Origin: an uncultured Actinomycetes bacterium
GTDB taxonomy: Bacteria > Actinomycetota > UBA4738 > HRBIN12
DNA length: 64,000 nucleotides
Assembly (NCBI GenBank): GCA_963810635.1
Contig: CAWEOB010000002.1
Location: 2,320-66,319, forward strand
Direction of reading: 5' to 3'
Within the stretch, counting starts at the first letter, position 1, and every line of letters begins with the position of its first letter. The translations under genes and the position numbers were made by a program. Under the pieces are notes generated by a model. The model did not search any database and was not told where the DNA came from. It worked only from the letters and a program-made list of their open reading frames with translations. Positions 40,782-50,590 of the stretch are shown here, in pieces.

Positions 40782-42223
40782 CCCCCGAGATCGTCCTCCG
40801 CCCGGTCCTCCCCGAGCTGCTCCTGGTCGCGGTCGGCATCGTGGGTCTCCTGTACGAGGCGTTCGCGCCTCGGTCCGAGCCGCGGGTGCATCTCCTCATC
40901 GCCGTTGTCGGGATCGTGGCGGCGGGCGTCGCTGCCATCACGCTGTGGGGGTGGGACGGGGCGCCGTTCGTCCTCGGCGACTCGGTGGCGGTCGATCGGT
41001 TCTCGGTGCTCGCGACCGTGATCCTCCTGCCGGTCGCGCTGATCGCATGCATGTACGCCGCCGCGGAGGCGGAGCGGGACAGCTCCGTCTACCGTGGCGA
41101 GTTCTTCCCCCTGGTGTTGTTCGCGACGTCGGGGATGGTCCTGATCGCCGCCGCGAACGACCTGATCCTGGTCTTCCTGGCGCTCGAGATCTTGTCGCTC
41201 TCCCTGTACGTCCTCACCGGCATCACGGGACGCCGGCGGGCAGGCGAGGCAGCCATGAAGTACTTCCTCCTGGGCGCGTTCTCCTCGGCGTTCTTCCTCT
41301 ACGGCGTGGCGATGGCCTACGGAGCCACCGCGAGCACCAAGATCACCGCCATGGCCGTCGCGCTCAGCGGCACCGGGCAGGACCTTGCCCTGGCTCTGCT
41401 GGCGTTGGCCTTCCTGGCGATCGGGTTCGGCTTCAAGGTCTCCGCGGTCCCGTTCCACATGTGGACGCCCGACGTCTACCAAGGGGCGCCCACGCCCGTG
41501 ACCGCCTACATGTCGGCGGCGACCAAGGTGGCGGCGTTCTTCGCGCTGATGCGGGTCTTCGACGTCGCGTTCCAGCCGCTGTCCTGGGATTGGACGCCGA
41601 TCGTCGCCGCGCTGGCCGTGCTCTCGGTGGTGGTCGGATCCTTCCTCGCCATCGCACAGTCCGACGTGAAGCGGATGCTGGCGTACTCGAGCGTGGCGCA
41701 CGCGGGGTTCGTCCTCATGGGCCTGACCGCGGCCGACTCGACCGGGATCGGCGCCGCCATGTTCTACCTGATCGCCTACGCGATCATGACGCTCGGCGCG
41801 TTCGGCATCGTGATGTTCGTGGAGGCCGGCCGTGACGGCCGGACCTCCCTGGCGGACTTCTCGGGGCTCGCCGCTCGGCGGCCGTGGCTGGCGGCGCTCA
41901 TGACCGTCTTCCTCCTGTCCCTGGCCGGGATCCCGCCCACCGTCGGCTTCATCGCGAAGGTGACCGTGTTCTCGGCGGCGATCGGGGCCGGCCGCTGGTG
42001 GCTGGCGTTGGTCGGGGTGTTGACCAGCGTGGTCGCCGCGTTCTTCTATCTTCGCGTCATCGTGTACATGTACATGCGGCAGCCAGAAGGTGAGGTGGGC
42101 GGGTCGACGTCGGCCCTCCCGTCCGTCGCCGTCGGGTTGCTGGCCGTCCTCACGCTCGTCCTGGGCGTGTTCCCGAGCCTCCTCGCGGACGTCCTCGAGC
42201 AGGCGTCGATCCTGAGGTGGTGA
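40778..42223 (+). CDS. nuoN: NADH-quinone oxidoreductase subunit N
   Basis: GTGA overlap with nuo[14 protein letters not shown] and [26 protein letters not shown] motifs. Confidence 0.92.
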   Translation: MTPEIVLRPVLPELLLVAVGIVGLLYEAFAPRSEPRVHLLIAVVGIVAAGVAAITLWGWDGAPFVLGDSVAVDRFSVLATVILLPVALIACMYAAAEAERDSSVYRGEFFPLVLFATSGMVLIAAANDLILVFLALEILSLSLYVLTGITGRRRAGEAAMKYFLLGAFSSAFFLYGVAMAYGATASTKITAMAVALSGTGQDLALALLALAFLAIGFGFKVSAVPFHMWTPDVYQGAPTPVTAYMSAATKVAAFFALMRVFDVAFQPLSWDWTPIVAALAVLSVVVGSFLAIAQSDVKRMLAYSSVAHAGFVLMGLTAADSTGIGAAMFYLIAYAIMTLGAFGIVMFVEAGRDGRTSLADFSGLAARRPWLAALMTVFLLSLAGIPPTVGFIAKVTVFSAAIGAGRWWLALVGVLTSVVAAFFYLRVIVYMYMRQPEGEVGGSTSALPSVAVGLLAVLTLVLGVFPSLLADVLEQASILRW

Positions 42224-43245
42224 CCGTCATGCGTCGAGTGATCCCCGGACTCGAACCCCCCGACGCCGTCTTGGAGGCGGCCGTCCGTTCGCGTCTCGAT
42301 CGTGTCGAGGAAGCCCTCGAGAAGGCGGTCGTGGCCGACTCTGATCTGCTGGCCGTCACCGCGTCGCACCTGCTCCAGGCCGGGGGGAAGCGGTTCCGTC
42401 CCATGCTCGTGCTGCTGTCGGGCTACTTCGGCGATCCCACCGATCCTCGCCTGATCCCGGGCTCGGTGTCGATCGAGCTCGTCCACCTGGCCACGCTGTA
42501 TCACGACGATGTCATCGATGAGGCCGTCGACCGTCGGGGCGTTCCCAGTGCCAACGCCCGGTGGGACAACACGGTGGCCATCCTGACCGGTGATTACCTC
42601 TTCGCCCGTGCCTCCGAGATGTCCGCCGACCTCGGCCCCGACGTCTGCCGGCTCCTCGCTCGAACGATCGCGGTGCTCTGTGACGGGCAGATCAGGGAGG
42701 TGGATGTCTCCGGGAAGGTCGAACAGACCGAGGACAGCTACCTCGAGATCATCCGACGCAAGACGGGGGTCCTGATCGCCACCTCGTGCCGGCTCGGCGG
42801 CATGCTCTCCGATGCGAACGAGGCCTACGTGGAGACGCTGGATCCGTTCGGCGAGTCGCTCGGTCTCGCCTTCCAGCTCTCGGACGACATCATGGACGTC
42901 ATCTCCACGCAGATCGAGCTCGGCAAGGAGCCGGGAACCGACCTGAAGGAAGGGGTCTACACCCTCCCCGTGCTGCATGCGCTGCATGAAGGGAGGCACC
43001 GAGAGGAGCTGCAGGACCTGTTGCGCCACGGCGCTCCGGACGGCGAGCTGCTGGATCGAGCGCTCGAGATCATCCGGACCGGGGGGTCGATCGAGCATGC
43101 CCGGGCGGCGGTTGCCGCCGAGGTGGCCCGGGCTGTGGACCTCGCGCATCAGCTCCCCGACGGGGCGGCCCGCCACGCGTTGGTGCAGCTCGCCCGGTTC
43201 CTCGCCGTGCGATGCGGAGCGGATCCGGGGGCGGACCCATCTTGA
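42217..43245 (+). CDS. long-chain polyprenyl diphosphate synthase (HepT/GrcC1-like; menaquinone side chain)
   Basis: Both Asp-rich motifs are present ([18 protein letters not shown]), with a GKRFRP motif. Start is GTG 42217 (overlapping the nuoN stop) or ATG 42229. Confidence 0.85.
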   Translation: MVTVMRRVIPGLEPPDAVLEAAVRSRLDRVEEALEKAVVADSDLLAVTASHLLQAGGKRFRPMLVLLSGYFGDPTDPRLIPGSVSIELVHLATLYHDDVIDEAVDRRGVPSANARWDNTVAILTGDYLFARASEMSADLGPDVCRLLARTIAVLCDGQIREVDVSGKVEQTEDSYLEIIRRKTGVLIATSCRLGGMLSDANEAYVETLDPFGESLGLAFQLSDDIMDVISTQIELGKEPGTDLKEGVYTLPVLHALHEGRHREELQDLLRHGAPDGELLDRALEIIRTGGSIEHARAAVAAEVARAVDLAHQLPDGAARHALVQLARFLAVRCGADPGADPS

Positions 43246-43297
43246 TCGGCTGCGCAGCAGACGCGAACACCTGCACTGCTAGGATACGGACCGCCGT

Positions 43298-43315
43298 TCG
43301 AGAAATGATTCACGA
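43298..43315. promoter_or_regulatory. degenerate Rex-operator-like site (TCGAGAA-N4-TTCACGA) just upstream of the second nuo cluster
   Basis: tcgagaaatgattcacga, read directly. It matches TTGTGAA/TTCACAA at 11 of 14 half-site positions and shares the TCG...CGA flanks of the 12925 site. It lies 12 nt before GTG 43327. Confidence 0.35.
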
Positions 43316-43326
43316 GCTCACGAAGG

Positions 43327-43716
43327 GTGCCTGAGGGGCTGTCGTTGGGGGAGGACTACTACTCGTCCTACGGTGTCGTGCTGGCCGTGATCGTTGCCGG
43401 CGCGCTGCTCGTCATCGTGGCATTCACGGCTGCCCGACTCATCGCGCCTCGGCGTCCGCATGTCGGTGGCAAGCTCACGACGTACGAATGCGGGATCGAC
43501 CCCGTCGGCGAAGGTTGGTCCCAGACGCAGGTGCGGTACTACGTCTACGGCTTCCTCTTCGTCATCTTCGACGTCGAGAGCGTGTTCCTGTTCCCGTGGG
43601 CGCGGGTGTTCCAGTCGCTCGGCTACCGTGCGGTCTGGTCCATGGGCATCTTCATCGGGATCCTCGGGGTCGGGCTGCTGTACGCGTGGCGCAAAGGGGT
43701 CCTGCGGTGGGCGTGA
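43327..43716 (+). CDS. nuoA: NADH-quinone oxidoreductase subunit A, second copy
   Basis: 129 aa with YECGIDP and [15 protein letters not shown] motifs. Confidence 0.9.
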   Translation: MPEGLSLGEDYYSSYGVVLAVIVAGALLVIVAFTAARLIAPRRPHVGGKLTTYECGIDPVGEGWSQTQVRYYVYGFLFVIFDVESVFLFPWARVFQSLGYRAVWSMGIFIGILGVGLLYAWRKGVLRWA

Positions 43717-44213
43717 TCACGGAGCGGACCCCGATCCCCAGGATCAAGCCGGTCAAGTTCCTCCTTAACTGGGGCCGCCGGTACAGCCTGTGGGTGTTCA
43801 ACTTCGGCCTCGCCTGCTGCTCGATCGAGTTCATCGCGGCTTCCACCGCGAAGAACGACTTCATCCGGCTGGGCGTCATCCCCTTCGCGCACGGTCCACG
43901 TCAGGCCGACCTCCTGCTCGTGGCGGGGACGTTGACCGACAAGATGGCGCCAGTCATCAAGCGCTTGTACGACCAGATGCCCGACCCGAAGTACGTGATC
44001 TCGTTCGGGTCGTGTGCCAATTGTGGCGGCCCCTACTGGGACAGTTACTCTGTCACGAAAGGCGTCGATCAGATCATCCCCGTCGATGTCTACGTCCCGG
44101 GGTGTCCGCCTCGCCCGGAAGGTCTCCTGCACGGGATCGTGAAGTTGCAGGAGAAGATCAAGGACGAAGACATCCAGGAGAAGTTCCGGCGTGGGACGAC
44201 CGCTGTCGGCTGA
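43707..44213 (+). CDS. nuoB: NADH-quinone oxidoreductase subunit B, second copy
   Basis: [21 protein letters not shown] and VPGCPPRPE motifs. Start is GTG 43707 or GTG 43713. Confidence 0.9.
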   Translation: MGVITERTPIPRIKPVKFLLNWGRRYSLWVFNFGLACCSIEFIAASTAKNDFIRLGVIPFAHGPRQADLLLVAGTLTDKMAPVIKRLYDQMPDPKYVISFGSCANCGGPYWDSYSVTKGVDQIIPVDVYVPGCPPRPEGLLHGIVKLQEKIKDEDIQEKFRRGTTAVG

Positions 44214-44706
44214 CGAGGTCGCCCCGCGCCTACGGGCCCGGTTCGGCGACGACGTCGAGGTCGTGGACGCCTTCGGTCACGCGGTTGCCACCGTGCCGAA
44301 CCCGCGCTACCACGATGTGATCCGCTTCCTGCGTGACGAGCCGGAGTTCGCCTGCGACTTCTGCGACTTCACCACCGCGGTCGACTTCGGCCCCGAGGGT
44401 GGGTTCGAGGTCGTGACGCATCTGTTCTCCACCGAGCACCATCACAACATCCGGGTCAAGGTGAAGCTCGCGTACGACGAACCCGCGATCGCGACCATCA
44501 GCGACCTCTTCCCGACCTGCGACTGGCACGAGCGCGAGATGATGGAGATGTTCGGGCTCGAGGTGACCGGGCACCCTCGCCCGGTGAAGCTCCTGCTCTC
44601 GGAGCTGTTCGAGGGCAACCCTCTCCGCAAGGACTTCCCGCTCATGAGCCGTGAGGTCAAGCCGTGGCCCGGCGCCGTGGAAGGGGAGGAGGACGAGGAG
44701 GAGTGA
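44191..44706 (+). CDS. nuoC: NADH-quinone oxidoreductase subunit C, second copy (171 aa, not fused to a NuoD domain)
   Basis: [27 protein letters not shown]...GNPLRKDFP motif and an acidic tail. Confidence 0.85.
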   Translation: MGRPLSADEVAPRLRARFGDDVEVVDAFGHAVATVPNPRYHDVIRFLRDEPEFACDFCDFTTAVDFGPEGGFEVVTHLFSTEHHHNIRVKVKLAYDEPAIATISDLFPTCDWHEREMMEMFGLEVTGHPRPVKLLLSELFEGNPLRKDFPLMSREVKPWPGAVEGEEDEEE

Positions 44707-45716
44707 TCGCGGTTCTCGCCCAGTCCTTCGTCGACGATCTGACGTCGAACCTCTGGCTCGCGCTCCTCGCGAAGACGGTGCTCGTGCTCGGCTTCTTCCT
44801 GGTGGTGCCGCTGGGCGTCGGCTACATGGAGCACAAGGTTCTGGCCCACATGCAGGCGCGTCTCGGGCCGATGGAGGCGGGCGGGTTCCACGGATGGGCA
44901 CAGCTGGTGGCCGACGGCGTGAAGTTCATCCAGAAGGAGGACGTCGTGCCGGCCGCGGCCGACCGATCCGTGTTCTCCCTGGCACCCGCGGTCGCCATGA
45001 TCCCCTACATCGCGGTGCTCGTCGTCCTGCCCTTCGGGGCGTCGATCTGGGCGCTCGACCTGGACGTCGGCATCTTCTTCGTGCTCGCCATGTCCAGCAT
45101 CGGCGTGATCGGCGTCCTGATGGCCGGCTGGGCTTCCGCCAACAAGTTCTCGCTGATCGGAGCGCTCCGCGCAGCGGCACAGCTGATCGCCTACGAGCTC
45201 CCGCTCGTGCTCGCCGCCGCCGCGCTCGTGATGCAGGCAGGCACCATGTCGCTCGTCGGGATCGCCGAGTCCCAGTCGCACTACTGGTACATCGTCTACC
45301 CCTGGCAGGCGGTCGGGTTCGTCATCTTCATGATCGCGATCGTCGCCGAGCTGACCCGTCCGCCCTTCGACATGCCCGTGGCGGACTCCGAGATCATCTT
45401 CGGGGCGTACACGGAGTACACGGGGCTGAAGTTCGCTTTCTTCCTGCTGGCGGAATACGGCGGGATCGTAGCGATGTCGGGCATCGCGTCCACGTTGTAC
45501 CTGGGGGGGTACCAGCCGCTCCCCGGTCTCGCCTTCATCCCCGAGCCGCTCTGGGCGATCGGCAAGATCTTCGCGCTCGCGTTCGTGATCGTGTGGCTCC
45601 GAGCCACCTTCCCGCGTCTGCGCGAGGACCAGCTCCAACGGTTCGCGTGGGTGGGGCTCACGCCGCTCGCCCTCGTGCTGATCATGGTCGTCGCGGTCTA
45701 CGAGGTGGGGGTCTGA
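44703..45716 (+). CDS. nuoH: NADH-quinone oxidoreductase subunit H, second copy
   Basis: GTGA overlap with the second nuo[17 protein letters not shown] and [27 protein letters not shown] motifs. Confidence 0.9.
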   Translation: MIAVLAQSFVDDLTSNLWLALLAKTVLVLGFFLVVPLGVGYMEHKVLAHMQARLGPMEAGGFHGWAQLVADGVKFIQKEDVVPAAADRSVFSLAPAVAMIPYIAVLVVLPFGASIWALDLDVGIFFVLAMSSIGVIGVLMAGWASANKFSLIGALRAAAQLIAYELPLVLAAAALVMQAGTMSLVGIAESQSHYWYIVYPWQAVGFVIFMIAIVAELTRPPFDMPVADSEIIFGAYTEYTGLKFAFFLLAEYGGIVAMSGIASTLYLGGYQPLPGLAFIPEPLWAIGKIFALAFVIVWLRATFPRLREDQLQRFAWVGLTPLALVLIMVVAVYEVGV

Positions 45717-46210
45717 TGGTGGAGCCGCAGCTCGATCGAGGGATCGGCCAGGGCCTGCTGAAGGGTCTATCCGTGACGTTGCGGACCATGCTGCGGCCCT
45801 CTATCACCGTCCAGTACCCCCACGTGAAGCCGAGCCTCCCGGCGCGGAGCCGCGGCGTGATCGCTCTCAAGGAAGCCAACTGCACCGTGTGCTACAAGTG
45901 CTCGCGCGAATGTCCCGACTGGTGCATCTACATCGATGCCCACAAGGAGTCCCACGAGCCGGCCGGCGGCGGCCGGGCCCGGAGCGCCAAGATCCTCGAC
46001 CGTTTCGCCATCGACTACGCCCTCTGCATGTACTGCGGGATCTGCGTCGAGGTGTGCCCGTTCGACGCGCTCTTCTGGAGCCCGGAGTTCGAGTACGCCG
46101 AGTACGACATCCACGAGATGGTCCACGAGCGGGAACGCTTGGAGGAATGGACCTACACGGTCCTGCCGCCGCCGCCGCTCGAGGAAGGTGCCGAGGAGGT
46201 CGCGTCGTGA
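45716..46210 (+). CDS. nuoI: NADH-quinone oxidoreductase subunit I, second copy
   Basis: TGATG overlap with nuo[13 protein letters not shown] and [12 protein letters not shown] motifs. Confidence 0.9.
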   Translation: MVEPQLDRGIGQGLLKGLSVTLRTMLRPSITVQYPHVKPSLPARSRGVIALKEANCTVCYKCSRECPDWCIYIDAHKESHEPAGGGRARSAKILDRFAIDYALCMYCGICVEVCPFDALFWSPEFEYAEYDIHEMVHERERLEEWTYTVLPPPPLEEGAEEVAS

Positions 46211-46710
46211 CGTCCCAGGAGTACGCGTTCCTGGTGGTCGCCACCGTCGGTTCGCTCTCGGCCATCGCGGTCGTGACCGCTCGCAACGTGGTGCATGCAG
46301 CCCTGTACCTCGTGGTGACCCTCGCGTCGGTCGGGGTGACGTTCCTGCTCCTCGGGGCGGAGTTCGTGGGCTGGGTCCAGATCCTGATCTACGTCGGCGC
46401 CATCGTGATCCTGTTCCTGTTCGGACTGATGCTGACGAAGGCGCCGATCGGACGTGACACGCTCGACCATCAGAGCCGGGGACTCGGCTTGCTGGTCGCG
46501 GTGCTGATGTTCGTTGGCTTGGTGGGTCTGATCACGGCCGCGTTCCCGATCGCGGACGCCCAGGTGCCGCCGCCGGCGCCGGGAGCCTCCGCGATCCTCG
46601 GCGAGGCGCTGTTCCGTGACTACATCCTTCCCTTCGAAGCCGTCTCGTTCGTGCTGCTCGCTGCCCTCATCGGCGCGATCGTGCTGGCGAGGAAGGACGA
46701 GGGCACCTGA
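46207..46710 (+). CDS. nuoJ: NADH-quinone oxidoreductase subunit J, second copy
   Basis: GTGA overlap with nuo[21 protein letters not shown] and [15 protein letters not shown] motifs. Confidence 0.88.
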   Translation: MTSQEYAFLVVATVGSLSAIAVVTARNVVHAALYLVVTLASVGVTFLLLGAEFVGWVQILIYVGAIVILFLFGLMLTKAPIGRDTLDHQSRGLGLLVAVLMFVGLVGLITAAFPIADAQVPPPAPGASAILGEALFRDYILPFEAVSFVLLAALIGAIVLARKDEGT

Positions 46711-46711
46711 C

Positions 46712-47013
46712 GTGGTCCGCCTGCCGCTGCTCCTGATCTTCTCGGCGCTGCTCTTCAGCGCGGGATCTACGGCGTGCTCGCCCGGCGCAACGCGGTCATG
46801 GTGCTCATGGCCATCGAGCTCATGCTGAACGCCGTCAACGTGAACCTCGTTGCCTTCTCGGCCGAGCTGCAGGACGTCGGGCCGCAGGTGTTCGCCCTGT
46901 TCGTGATCGCGATCGCAGCGGCCGAGGTCGGCATCGGCCTTGCCATCGTGATCCTGCTGTTCCGCAACCGGGCGTCGATCAACGTGGACGAGGTGAACCT
47001 CCTCAAGTGGTAG
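46712..47013 (+). CDS. nuoK: NADH-quinone oxidoreductase subunit K, second copy, with an apparent 1-nt deletion at 46762-46767
   Basis: GTG 46712 gives [21 protein letters not shown] 46774.. holds the rest ([27 protein letters not shown]). Reading GGG as GGGG restores ...[14 protein letters not shown]. The break falls on GGGATC. Confidence 0.85.
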
Positions 47014-49008
47014 ACCTCGGGATCCTCGCCGCCGAAGGGAGCGAGGCTGTCGCACACGGCGTGCCGAACTGGTTCGTCCAGCACGCGTACCTGATCACGC
47101 TCCTCCCGTTCGCCGCCGCGGCGCTCACCTTGTTCTTCGGCAAGCGAACCCCCGGCAAGGGACCGGTGTACGGCATCGTGTCCCTGGCGGTCGGGCTGGT
47201 CCTGTCGCTCGGCGTGCTGTGGAGCTTCGCGCAAGGCGGCGGCACCTTCGAGCACAACATCGAGTGGTTCACGATCGGGCCGCTGCACATGGAGCTCGGC
47301 TTCTTCGTCGACGGCCTGACCGCGGTGATGCTCGTGGTGGTCACCTCCATCTCGTTGGCGGTCCACGTCTACGCGCTCGGGTACATGCACGGCGACTCGC
47401 GCTACACGTGGTTCTACGTGGTGCTGTCGCTCTTCACGGGGGCCATGCTCGTGGTGGTCCTGGCCAGCAACCTGTTCCAGTTGCTCGTGGGGTGGGAGAT
47501 CGATGGGCGTCTGCTCCTACCTGCTGATCGGTCACTGGTTCGAGGATCACGCGAATTCGAGCGCCGCGATCAAGGCGTTCATCACGACGCGGATCGGCGA
47601 CGTCCCCTTCATGTTCGGCATCTTCGCCTTGGTTCTGGCCACCGGCCTGACCACGTCGAACATCCAGGTGATCGGCGACGAGGTGGCCGGGGGGCACGTC
47701 TCCACGTTGCTGATCACCGTCTCGGCGCTGCTCCTGTTCGGCGGCACGATCGGCAAGAGCGCCCAGTTCCCGCTCTACGTGTGGTTGCCGGATGCGATGG
47801 CGGGCCCCACGCCCGTCTCCGCGTTGATCCACGCCGCCACCATGGTGGCCGCGGGCATCTATCTGGTGGCGCGGATGTTCGAGGTCTTCGTCCAGGCCGA
47901 CCCGATCGCACTGACGGTCGTGGCCGTGGTCGGCGCCATCACCCTGTTGCTCGCCGCGTTCCTGGCCCTCGTGCAGAACGACATCAAGAAGGTGCTGGCG
48001 TACTCCACCATCTCGCAGCTCGCCTACATGGTGGCGGCGCTCGGCATGGGCGAGGCCGGGTATCCGGCCGCCATGTTCCACCTGTTCACGCACGCCTTCT
48101 TCAAGGCCCTGCTCTTCCTCGGAGCCGGCTCGGTGATCCACGCCGTCCACTCCAACGACATGAAGGACATGGGCGGGCTCCGCAAGCCGATGCCCATCAC
48201 GTATTGGACCTTCCTGATCGGTTCGCTGGCCCTCGCGGGCGTCCCACCGCTCGCCGGCTTCTTCTCGAAAGACGAGATCGTGCTGGTCGCGAAGGACGAA
48301 GGGGTGTGGTGGCTCGCGGTCGTCCTCCTCGTCGGCGCGGCGATGACCGCCTTCTACACCACGCGCTTGGTGCTCAAGACCTTCTTCGGCGAGTACCGGG
48401 GAGAAGCTCACCCGCACGAGTCCCCGCGCGTGATGACGACCCCGCTGATCGTGCTCGCCGTCACCACCTGCTTCGTCGGGCTGCTCGGGTTCGCGCCGGT
48501 CGGCGCCCCGTTCCTGGACTGGGTCTACTTCGGCAACGAGCCCCACGAGGCCATCTTCAGTCCGCTGGTCGCCGCGATCTCGGTCGCCGTGGTCCTGATC
48601 GGCGTCGCGATCGGGTGGACCTTGTACAAGCGGTATCGGACGCCCGACCCGGTCGAACGGCTCGGCCCGCTCTACCGGCTGCTCGACCACAAGTACTACC
48701 TGGACGACCTGTACTGGCGCGGCATCGTGAAGCCGATCCGCGACCCGCTCGCTGCCGGCGTCTACTGGTTCAACCAGAACGTGCTGGACGGTGTCGTGAA
48801 CGGCGCGGCGTCGGTGTCGCGTGGCCTCGGGTCGCTGGTGATGTGGTTCGACCGAACCGTGATCGACGGCGCCGTGAACGGCGCCGGGGGTGTGATGGAG
48901 CTCTTCGGCAGAGGACTGCGGACCATCCAGACGGGCAGGGTGCAGTGGTACGCGGTGGCGTTGTTCGCCGGCGTGATCATCTTGACCGTCGTCTTCGTGA
49001 GGGTGTGA
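47007..49008 (+). CDS. nuoL: NADH-quinone oxidoreductase subunit L, second copy, with an apparent 1-nt insertion at 47498-47503
   Basis: The N-terminal 164 aa are in ORF 47007.. (ending ...[11 protein letters not shown]). ORF 47503..49008 continues with [13 protein letters not shown] and [34 protein letters not shown]. The break falls on GAGATCGATG. Confidence 0.88.
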
Positions 49009-49041
49009 GAAGGAGCCGATCGTGGAACCGAAGGGGAACCG

Positions 49042-50583
49042 ATGACCTGGGAGAACTCAGCGATCACGATCACGACGCTGCTGCCCATCGTGGGGGCGCT
49101 GGCGATCCTGCTCGTTCCGAAGGACCGGGACCGGATGGTTCGGGGGCTCGGCATCGCCGTGACCGGGCTCGCCTTCGTGTTGTCCGTCCTCATCGCCATC
49201 ACCTACGACTACGGCGCGGGCGGGCTCCAGTTCGTCCTCGACGTCCGGTGGATCCCCGCCATCGGCGCGCGGTACCACGTGGGGATCGACGGGATCTCCC
49301 TGCCGCTCTACGTGCTGACGTTCCTGCTCGGGCTGCTGTGCTCGATCTACACGTGGCGGTTCGTCCCCGAGCCGGGCCGGACGAAGGCCTTCGTCGCGTT
49401 GACGCTGCTCCTCATCACCGGCATGGCGGGCACCTTCATCGCCTTCGACCTGATCCTCTTCTTCGTGTTCTGGGAGCTGGTCCTGGTCCCGATGTACTTC
49501 CTCATCGGCGTCTGGGGTTCCGCCAACCGCCAGTACGCGTCCATCAAGTTCTTCCTGTACACGCTCTTCGGGTCGATCTTCATGCTGCTGGGATTCCTCG
49601 CCCTGTACTTCGAGGGTCCGTCGATCGCCGGGAAGCACACGTTCGACCTCGTCGTCCTGACCGGCTTCGGAGCCGGCGGCGGCTACGCGCACACGTTCCA
49701 GCTGATCGTGTTCGGGGCGATCGCCCTGGGCTTCGCCGTCAAGGTCCCGATGTGGCCGTTCCACACGTGGCTCCCCGACGCCCACACCGAGGCGCCCACG
49801 ATCGGGTCGGTGTTGCTGGCCGGGATCATGCTGAAGATGGGCACGTACGGGTTCGTGCGCATCGCGCTCCCCGTGTTGCCCGAGGGGGCGGTGGCCTATG
49901 CCCCATGGATCGGCGGGCTCGCCGCCATCGCCATCGTCTACGCGGCGCTCGCGTGTCTCGCGCAGAAGGACCTGAAGCGGCTGATCGCGTTCTCGTCGGT
50001 CGGTCACATGGGGTTCGTGATGCTCGGGATCGCCACGTTGACCACCATCGGCATCCAGGCCGCCATCTTCGGCATGGTGGCCCACGGCGTGATCACGGGC
50101 ATGCTGTTCTTCTGTGTGGGGTCCATCTACGACCGCTACCACACCCGCGAGATCGCGCAGATCGGCGGGGGCATGGCGCAGTCGATGCCGAAGATGGCCG
50201 GCATCTTCGCCTTCGTGGCGATCGCGTCCCTCGGTCTCCCGGGGCTGGCCGGGTTCTGGGGCGAGGTGATGGCGCTCCTCGGGTCCTTCAGCCCCAACGA
50301 GGTGGCCGGGCTGGACGTGGGCCTGTTCCGCTTCTTCATGGTCCTCGGCGGGATCGGCACCATCCTCACCGCGGGGTACTTCCTGTGGATGCTGCAACGC
50401 GTGAACATGGGCACGCTCCCGGAACGATGGGGCGCGTCCGCGTTCCGTGACATCCTCACGATCGAGTGGATCTCCTGGGTGCCGCTACTGGCGCTCATCC
50501 TGGTCCTGGGTCTGTTCCCCAGCCTGGTCCTCAACGTGACCGAATCCGGTGTGAACACCCTGACCAGCATCTTCGGGGCCTGA
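49042..50583 (+). CDS. nuoM: NADH-quinone oxidoreductase subunit M, second copy
   Basis: 513 aa with FWELVLVPMYFLIGVWGS and [27 protein letters not shown] motifs. Confidence 0.92.
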   Translation: MTWENSAITITTLLPIVGALAILLVPKDRDRMVRGLGIAVTGLAFVLSVLIAITYDYGAGGLQFVLDVRWIPAIGARYHVGIDGISLPLYVLTFLLGLLCSIYTWRFVPEPGRTKAFVALTLLLITGMAGTFIAFDLILFFVFWELVLVPMYFLIGVWGSANRQYASIKFFLYTLFGSIFMLLGFLALYFEGPSIAGKHTFDLVVLTGFGAGGGYAHTFQLIVFGAIALGFAVKVPMWPFHTWLPDAHTEAPTIGSVLLAGIMLKMGTYGFVRIALPVLPEGAVAYAPWIGGLAAIAIVYAALACLAQKDLKRLIAFSSVGHMGFVMLGIATLTTIGIQAAIFGMVAHGVITGMLFFCVGSIYDRYHTREIAQIGGGMAQSMPKMAGIFAFVAIASLGLPGLAGFWGEVMALLGSFSPNEVAGLDVGLFRFFMVLGGIGTILTAGYFLWMLQRVNMGTLPERWGASAFRDILTIEWISWVPLLALILVLGLFPSLVLNVTESGVNTLTSIFGA

Positions 50584-50590
50584 GGCTTCC

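Noticed and set aside
44191-44760. A hidden or fused nuoD in the second nuo cluster
   Set aside because: I checked all three plus frames across the nuoC2/nuoH2 junction. NuoC2 ends in an acidic tail (EGEEDEEE) whose stop overlaps the NuoH2 GTG, and there is no room or sequence for the roughly 400-aa NuoD.
47007-50450. 1147-aa ORF suggesting a giant NuoL-NuoM fusion
   Set aside because: Only the first roughly 164 aa are NuoL-like. After the break near 47500 the frame becomes Arg/Gly/Pro-rich nonsense running over the true nuoL2 (47503..49008) and nuoM2 (49042..50583) frames.
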